A DNA stretch of 53,223 bases, the filler included, from Diploschistes diacapsis (taxonomy: Eukaryota), in assembly GCA_023645945.1 (NCBI GenBank). It is 3 parts of 3 records of this genome, joined end to end, with 100 filler letters (N's around TTAATTAATTAA, not from the genome) between each part and the next. Parts side by side here need not be neighbours in the genome. Positions count along the whole stretch, not along the records: positions 35,588 to 53,223 come from JALAIB010000445.1; 2 more parts are not named here. One strand, given 5' to 3'. The stretch's first letter is position 1; the number at the start of each line of letters is the position of its first letter. The position numbers were made by a program, and so were the translations under genes. This document shows, one piece after another, positions 47,301 through 53,223 of this stretch. Below the pieces are notes generated by a model. That model searched no databases, had not been told where the DNA came from, and was given only the letters and a program-made list of their open reading frames with translations.

Positions 47301-47909
47301 GCCGATCGTATGGAGCTTTTCCAAAGATACTCTTAAGCCTTGTTTCATGCCAGTGTCATCAGCAAGGCTTACGATAACGAGGCACGAGTCAATGTAAAAT
47401 GGGGTATCTAGAACAGATGGTGCGCGTGAAGCAAAAGCCAGCAGCTATCGACAGTTGCACAGCCACAACCTACCACAGCCTACAAGCCACACACTGGTCC
47501 AACGCCAAGCCACATACAAGTTGAGGAATGATGACTCAAAATCGTATATATTTGTGGGTAGGTAATTTTGCAGTTGTGATGGTCTGAGCCAGTCGTTGGG
47601 CGATTGGATGACGGGGGCAAGGAAAGTCCTGGGTCACAGAAGAGGAGTCACTAGCTAATTGCTATTGTTTCGATGAGAGGAAGGAAGGATAGTATATCAG
47701 TGTGCAAGACCTCCGGAAGAGTCCAACTACTCTTCCGAATTGACGTTATCAAATCCTGCCATTTCCTTTTTCGACAACTATTTGTCCTCTCCTGAATTGT
47801 TTGGATGCAGCTGAATCCCTTTATGAACTTTCTTCTAACTCGATTTCCCCTCCAAAAGTTCACTCAAGAATTTCGAACCAGGAAAAGTGTGATCAAGCTT
47901 CTCACGACT

Positions 47910-50324
47910 ATGGCATATCAAGACAAATCTCCATTTGCTCCTCAAATACCAAAAGATATAGCGTCGCTCATACACGCCCTTGATGAAGGCACAGGTAGAC
48001 GCAACAAAAAGAAAGCTGGCGGTTTCTCGTGCAGAAAGTCCACGTTCAAAGTCGAGCATACCACTGACAAGTATGTTAATTCGTACAAATTCAACGATTG
48101 GGACTACAAACGTGACGACCTGCCCACGAATGCACGGGGCCTGTTCACTTATAAGCGGCGCGATGGCACGCCAGAGATTGCAGTCAGAGGCTACGACAAG
48201 TTCTTCAACGTGAACGAAGTGAACGACACACAGTGGCGGAATGTGGAGCAGTTCACCAGGGGACCCTACGAGCTAAGTGTGAAGGAGAACGGATGCATCA
48301 TCTTCATTGCGGGCATGGAGGACGATACGCTTCTGGTGTGCAGCAAGCACTCCACGGGAGCCCGTCAGGACAGCGACCTGAGCCACGCAATAGCTGGGGA
48401 GAGGTGGATCGACATTCATCTCTCTTCTGTCGGTAAAGGTCGAGAAGACCTGGCTCGTGAATTAAGAAACAGGAACGTTACTGCCGTAGCCGAGCTATGC
48501 GACGATTCTTTCGAGGAGCACGTTCTTGAGTATGGCAAGGAAACGGCTGGGCTCTATCTTCACGGAATGAACCTGAACCTTCCTGAGTTTGCAACGTACT
48601 CTGGATCGATGGTACACAAGTTTGCAGATGAGTGGGGCTTCAAGAAAGCACAGTATGTCGTCAAGGACGATCTCGATACAGTCAAGACATTCCTAGAAAA
48701 GTGCGCTGAGACTGGTTCTTGGGCCGGCAGAGACACAGAAGGCTTCGTCATCAGGTGCCAGAAGAAGGTCGGTGGTGAATACGTGGATTGGTTCTTTAAA
48801 TACAAATTCGATGAGCCTTACCTCATGTACCGCCAATGGCGTGAAGCAACAAAAGCGATGATCAGCGGGAAGGCTCCCAGGTACAAAAAACATGCCAAGA
48901 TCACCGGAGAGTACCTGGACTTCGCAAGGAAGCGACTCGCCCAGAACCAAGGTCTAGCAAAGGCCTACAATGCAAATCATGGCATCATCAAGATGCGGGA
49001 CGACTTCCTCAAAGAAAGGGGCCTGAAAGGATCAGAGATTATCCGTCAAGAAGAGGCAAGTGGAGAAGGGGAGGTCACCAAGAACATCGTACTTGTTCCA
49101 ATCGCTAGTATAGGATGTGGTAAGACTACGGTGGCGTTGGGGTTGGTCAAACTGTTCGGATGGGGCCACATCCAGAACGATAACATCACGGTCAAGAGAA
49201 ATAAACCCGCTCAATTTGCCAACCAGGTGTGCATGATGCTTGCCGACCATCCTGTCGTGATAGCAGATCGTAACAATCACCAACGCCGGGAACGGAAGCA
49301 GATGCTGGATGATGTCTCCCAAGCTGTCCCAGACGCGAAGTTTGTTGCGCTACACTATGTGCACGATCCCAAAGACCGTATGCTTAAAGGCATTAGACAG
49401 GTCACCCGAGAGAGGGTTCTCGAACGCGGAGACAACCACCAGACGATCCATGCAGGGAGCAAATCAGAGAAAGACATCGTGGACATCATGGAAGGGTTCC
49501 TCCACCGATTCGAGCCTTTGGATCGACACGATGAACCCGACAGCCTATTCGACGAGGTGATCGACCTAGACGTCGTCGAGGATTCGAGGCACAATCTGGA
49601 CATTGTGGTCAATGCTCTTCACAAGGCTTACCCCAAACTTATCCCCACGGTGCCTTCTTCCGACGAGCTCGACAAAGTGATCGAAGCAGCACTGAGCGAT
49701 TACAGCCCAGAAGTCAAGCACGAGATCAACTCGAAGAACAACAAGAAAGACAAGCGAAACGGTGACCTCCCCGTAATGCCCCCCAAGCAAGCCAAGGTCG
49801 AATACTTCTGCCTCCGCATTCCGACGCAGCAGATACTCTCCACCCTCGACACAACCTTCAGCACCCAAGACGCCTCAACCGCCAACTTCTTCCACCAGCT
49901 CCAGACGACGCGGCGCGTGCAAGCCGCCTTCCACGTCACCTTGATCCACCGCGCCTCAATCGCCCAAAACCAGGACCTCTGGGACGAGCTTGCGGACAAG
50001 TATGAGAAGGCAAAGCAAGACAAGACCGTCTCCGACCCCGTCTTCGACAAGTGCCGCGTCGAGCTCGAGCGCATCGTCTGGGACCGGAGAGTCATGTGCG
50101 TCGCCGTCAGGCTGCTCGACGAAGGGTGGCGGACCGCGAACGCATTGGCTCATGTTACGGTCGGCACTGCTTCGCCGAATATTAAGCCCAAGGAGAGCAA
50201 CGACCTGCTGCAGAAATGGGCGGCCGAGGGCGCGACGCCGGAGAATGGGATACGCGAGCTAAGGGTTAAAGGGCAGATCGAGGTTCTGGGGGATGCGAAG
50301 GCGGTGACGGCTGCGACAAGGTGA
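47910..50324 (+). CDS. TRL1: Fungal tRNA ligase (ligase - kinase - cyclic phosphodiesterase), intronless, 804 aa from ATG 47910
   Basis: RGYDKFFN, KENGC (adenylation motif I), CSKHS, AELCDD, EGFVIR, FFKYK; kinase P-loop IASIGCGKTT and DRNNH; two HVT motifs of the 2H phosphodiesterase. Confidence 0.96.
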   Translation: MAYQDKSPFAPQIPKDIASLIHALDEGTGRRNKKKAGGFSCRKSTFKVEHTTDKYVNSYKFNDWDYKRDDLPTNARGLFTYKRRDGTPEIAVRGYDKFFNVNEVNDTQWRNVEQFTRGPYELSVKENGCIIFIAGMEDDTLLVCSKHSTGARQDSDLSHAIAGERWIDIHLSSVGKGREDLARELRNRNVTAVAELCDDSFEEHVLEYGKETAGLYLHGMNLNLPEFATYSGSMVHKFADEWGFKKAQYVVKDDLDTVKTFLEKCAETGSWAGRDTEGFVIRCQKKVGGEYVDWFFKYKFDEPYLMYRQWREATKAMISGKAPRYKKHAKITGEYLDFARKRLAQNQGLAKAYNANHGIIKMRDDFLKERGLKGSEIIRQEEASGEGEVTKNIVLVPIASIGCGKTTVALGLVKLFGWGHIQNDNITVKRNKPAQFANQVCMMLADHPVVIADRNNHQRRERKQMLDDVSQAVPDAKFVALHYVHDPKDRMLKGIRQVTRERVLERGDNHQTIHAGSKSEKDIVDIMEGFLHRFEPLDRHDEPDSLFDEVIDLDVVEDSRHNLDIVVNALHKAYPKLIPTVPSSDELDKVIEAALSDYSPEVKHEINSKNNKKDKRNGDLPVMPPKQAKVEYFCLRIPTQQILSTLDTTFSTQDASTANFFHQLQTTRRVQAAFHVTLIHRASIAQNQDLWDELADKYEKAKQDKTVSDPVFDKCRVELERIVWDRRVMCVAVRLLDEGWRTANALAHVTVGTASPNIKPKESNDLLQKWAAEGATPENGIRELRVKGQIEVLGDAKAVTAATR

Positions 50325-50705
50325 GGGGAGGGGAGACAAGGCTCTTGGGTGCGGTTCTGCATTGCTCAGGGCTTATACATACGTGATTTGGTGAGAAAGG
50401 AGATGTACGATAGCTTTTGCATTTTGAGGCGAGCTTTGCTGGGGCATAGAAAAGTAGCACTCCGCTTCATCTTTTATCTTTGCTCACGTTATATCTGATT
50501 GGCACGGAGCAGCATACTCTGCCCTTGCAACGTCCATAGCCGGAAAGGGAACGTAACATCGAAACATACAAGTACCCGTGTGGGATACTGACAATACAGT
50601 AGTCGGCGTACTCTTGGTTCGTACAAGCCGTAGGAGAGAAGTATAACCCGACAATGTCTACACACTTTCGGACCCCGAAGAGCGCTCCCACAGCTCTCGA
50701 AGCTC

Positions 50706-50725
50706 ATTCGATTCGATTCGATTCG
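50706..50725. repeat. (ATTCG)4 microsatellite
   Basis: Read directly from the sequence. Confidence 0.8.
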
Positions 50726-51556
50726 ACTACACGTTCAATTATCGTTGTTGGGTAAGGAATCCAAGGATTAAAAGATGCCGGATCCTATTCCTAGCATGCT
50801 TGCCCCTGGATTCTCAATAATAAGACGATCGGGAATTCAGAAAGAATGGGAGCCGGAAAAGCGAGATCACCTTACAGCTGGATGGGGGGGGCTCCGGGGA
50901 TCTAAGTCGTCGCCGAGAATTGGGCCCATGAGGTTCGAAATGCAAATCCGTAGCTCCATGGGGCTTCTGGCTGTATACAACGTGAAGAGTGATTCCGTTT
51001 TAATTGAGGTCAAGTGTATCTGGATATGCTTTCCTTCCTTCCTGTGCTCGTCCCAAGCGAGGTCCCTAGGTTGTTAGTACCCCTTCCGATTGTGAAACTC
51101 GATAGTTCGTGAAGTACAACGATTGCAGGCAAAAAGAATTCATGCGCCTATGCGTTGAGGAGGGGTTTCATTCATATATTTATTTATCTTGAGGTTAGAA
51201 TGTTCGTCTAGGTCTAAGAGTTAGCTTGCACAGGCGAACGCTCTCTGTGTTTGCTTCCGCATCAGATCTGGCTTTTCAAGTTGCGATCCCTCTAACTTTC
51301 CCCTATAAATGATGGCTTGGTCTGGTAAATCGATAATTGTCTAGAGGCCCGGGATGGATGTACTGCCGCTCGAATCCAGCAAGCTACATGTGAAATGACC
51401 AAAACGGTGAGCTAATTGATTCTTACGATGGGTGTGCTGTTTTCGATAAAGTCGTGACTCGGTCGAGAGCTATGGAGCTGGCGAAGATTAAGGTAACAGA
51501 GATTACCATTTTAAAGTCCGCTGGGACTTGGCTGCAATCGCTCCCTCTTCACCCGA

Positions 51557-52516
51557 ATGTTCAAGATGCGTCCTGCTCTTTTTCTTCCACGGTGCTCTCG
51601 CCGGCCACCGCTGCCTCTGCCGGCGCCGCTGACCAGCAGGAAAGGCATCGCGTCGGCGGAGTCATTGCGCGCAGCCAGGAGAAGAAGCCTTGACCTTCCA
51701 AAGGTTGCAAAGCGCTAAGTTGCGGACGTCCGAAATTGTAACGACGAAGCCCAACGGTTACGCAGGACTTTTGAGCAGTCGCCTTGGCTGGCTTAGGTCT
51801 CTAGCCGCCAGAGGCATTAGACCACCATTCGGCTTGCTCCTCTTTCCTCAACAACCACAGCTACCATGACCCCACCGGTAACGACTCTGACGACAACCGA
51901 GGCCACTGCAGATGAGATAAGGATTTCTTTCGTGGCCGTCACTTCAGTAACCGGCACCACCAACGTCCAAGTCTACAATAAGCGGTAGGCATCTACCATC
52001 CACACAATTTCCACTTCCGCCTCCGCGGGCGCCATCATCGTCTCGCCTACCTATCTTCACGGATACGCCAACGCCGGCTCAGGCACGGCTGTGTCCAGCA
52101 GCGCATGCTCATGCTGAGGTATCAATCCCAAGACAAGCACGGCCCCCGCGTCAGTCGTGACAGTCACCACCACCGCGCCATCGCCGATCAACTTCGGGCC
52201 TGCAAAAGTCACGCAGACAGCCTTGGCGACTGCAACAACCATCGTGGGCAGCGACTACGTCGACCAGATCCCGTGCGGCAAAACAATCTCGGGTCCGAGG
52301 GACGGATTCTCGATTACCGTCTCATGCGAGGCGCAGGGAGCAAATGCGGAACAGACTCTGAGCTCGACGACGGTGGCCGACCAAGACAGTGCATGCACCA
52401 GCGTCGAGTTCGACATCGACACCGGCCAGTGTAGGCTGTATCACGATAGTGATAACTCCTATGCAACGGTCGCGGCTGCCAGCATGGTTTATGCATACTT
52501 CCCCCATCTTGATTAA
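51557..52516 (+). pseudogene. Degraded secreted Thr-rich protein gene (SSACSC motif, C-terminal Cys-containing PAN/Apple-like segment)
   Basis: In-frame stops TAG 51986 (after KR) and TGA 52115 (SSACSC*GI) lie in the frame of ORF 52157-52516. Upstream are Thr-rich and ACSSFL fragments with frameshifts. C-terminus DSACTSVEFDIDTGQCRLY. Confidence 0.7.
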
Positions 52517-53223
52517 AGCGTGGGCTTGACTTGACTTGACTTGGGACGTTGTTGGCAGTATCTTGTAGAAGAAAGAGGCTAGAGCGATGGGAATTGTAGA
52601 TATACCCCGAGAAGATTGCACAATTAGCTGTACAGCTTGGTGATATTGATTAATGATGTTCCTGACTGTCAACTGCTACTTAAGCATTTGCTTGTCTATC
52701 AACGAGAGATCAGCAGTCTAGTTCAAGATGAAACCCGGTAGGGACATTTGGAAGCAATTGAAAGTTTAAAACATAAGCATACTCAGTAACCTTTAAAGCG
52801 CAAGGTTGGCACGGCGAATGAACGTCATTGGGGAAGCTCATACATCTATCTTAGGCCAATCTGAAGTGTCCTAACAGCGAATAGCTGTCACCGAGGACAA
52901 GAAAACGATAATATGGGTATATACACAACAAGCATAGACAATTACCTTGTAGTAAAAGAATCTGGACGGAGTATGGAAACTATACCTCTACCAGTGCCCT
53001 TCCGTATCTTAGCGTGCAAGATATCTTTTCTAAGAATTATGCGAACAAAAAATTGATACACTAGTCTTCGGACATGGCTGGAAGAAAGCTGTCCATGACT
53101 TCAACTATTCCCCCACGGTCCGAGAATCTCCCAAAGCTCATATCAACCCTTTACGCCAATCCATGGGCATTAAACCGCACCCTCTCCACCCATCTCTTAC
53201 CCTCCCATCCATCTCCCCCTCCT

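Noticed and set aside
47805..47909. Upstream ATGs extending TRL1 by up to 35 aa
   Set aside because: The extension shows no ligase-like sequence and MAYQD at 47910 looks like the likelier start. An alternative targeting isoform cannot be excluded.
1..53223. tRNA/rRNA genes and intact transposons
   Set aside because: No cloverleaf, rRNA-like sequence, transposase/RT/integrase ORF, LTR or TIR was recognised by eye. tRNAscan-SE and repeat searches were not run.

Overview
Genomic DNA from a filamentous ascomycete (Pezizomycotina-type), judged from short GT-AG introns with CTAAC/CTGAC-like branch points and fungal gene families. The window is three contigs joined by artificial 100-nt linkers (N44-TTAATTAATTAA-N44 at 17703-17802 and 35488-35587). 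Recognisable conserved genes are a cytochrome P450, APN1, glutaminyl-tRNA synthetase, a CFEM protein, an MFS transporter, RIC8, class II DAHP synthase, a GST-like gene, an I78 inhibitor-like gene, OLA1/YchF, a DeSI/PPPDE peptidase and TRL1. Accessory genes and at least two clear pseudogenes lie between them. The most notable feature is an intronless block between APN1 and GlnRS. It holds a small MazG-like (ExxE-x12-ExxD) putative nucleotide pyrophosphohydrolase transcribed divergently from a P-loop kinase + HAD phosphatase + UPRT-like phosphoribosyltransferase fusion (one frameshift), next to an atypical secreted two-DTG aspartic protease. All family calls come from motif recognition by eye; no database searches were run.
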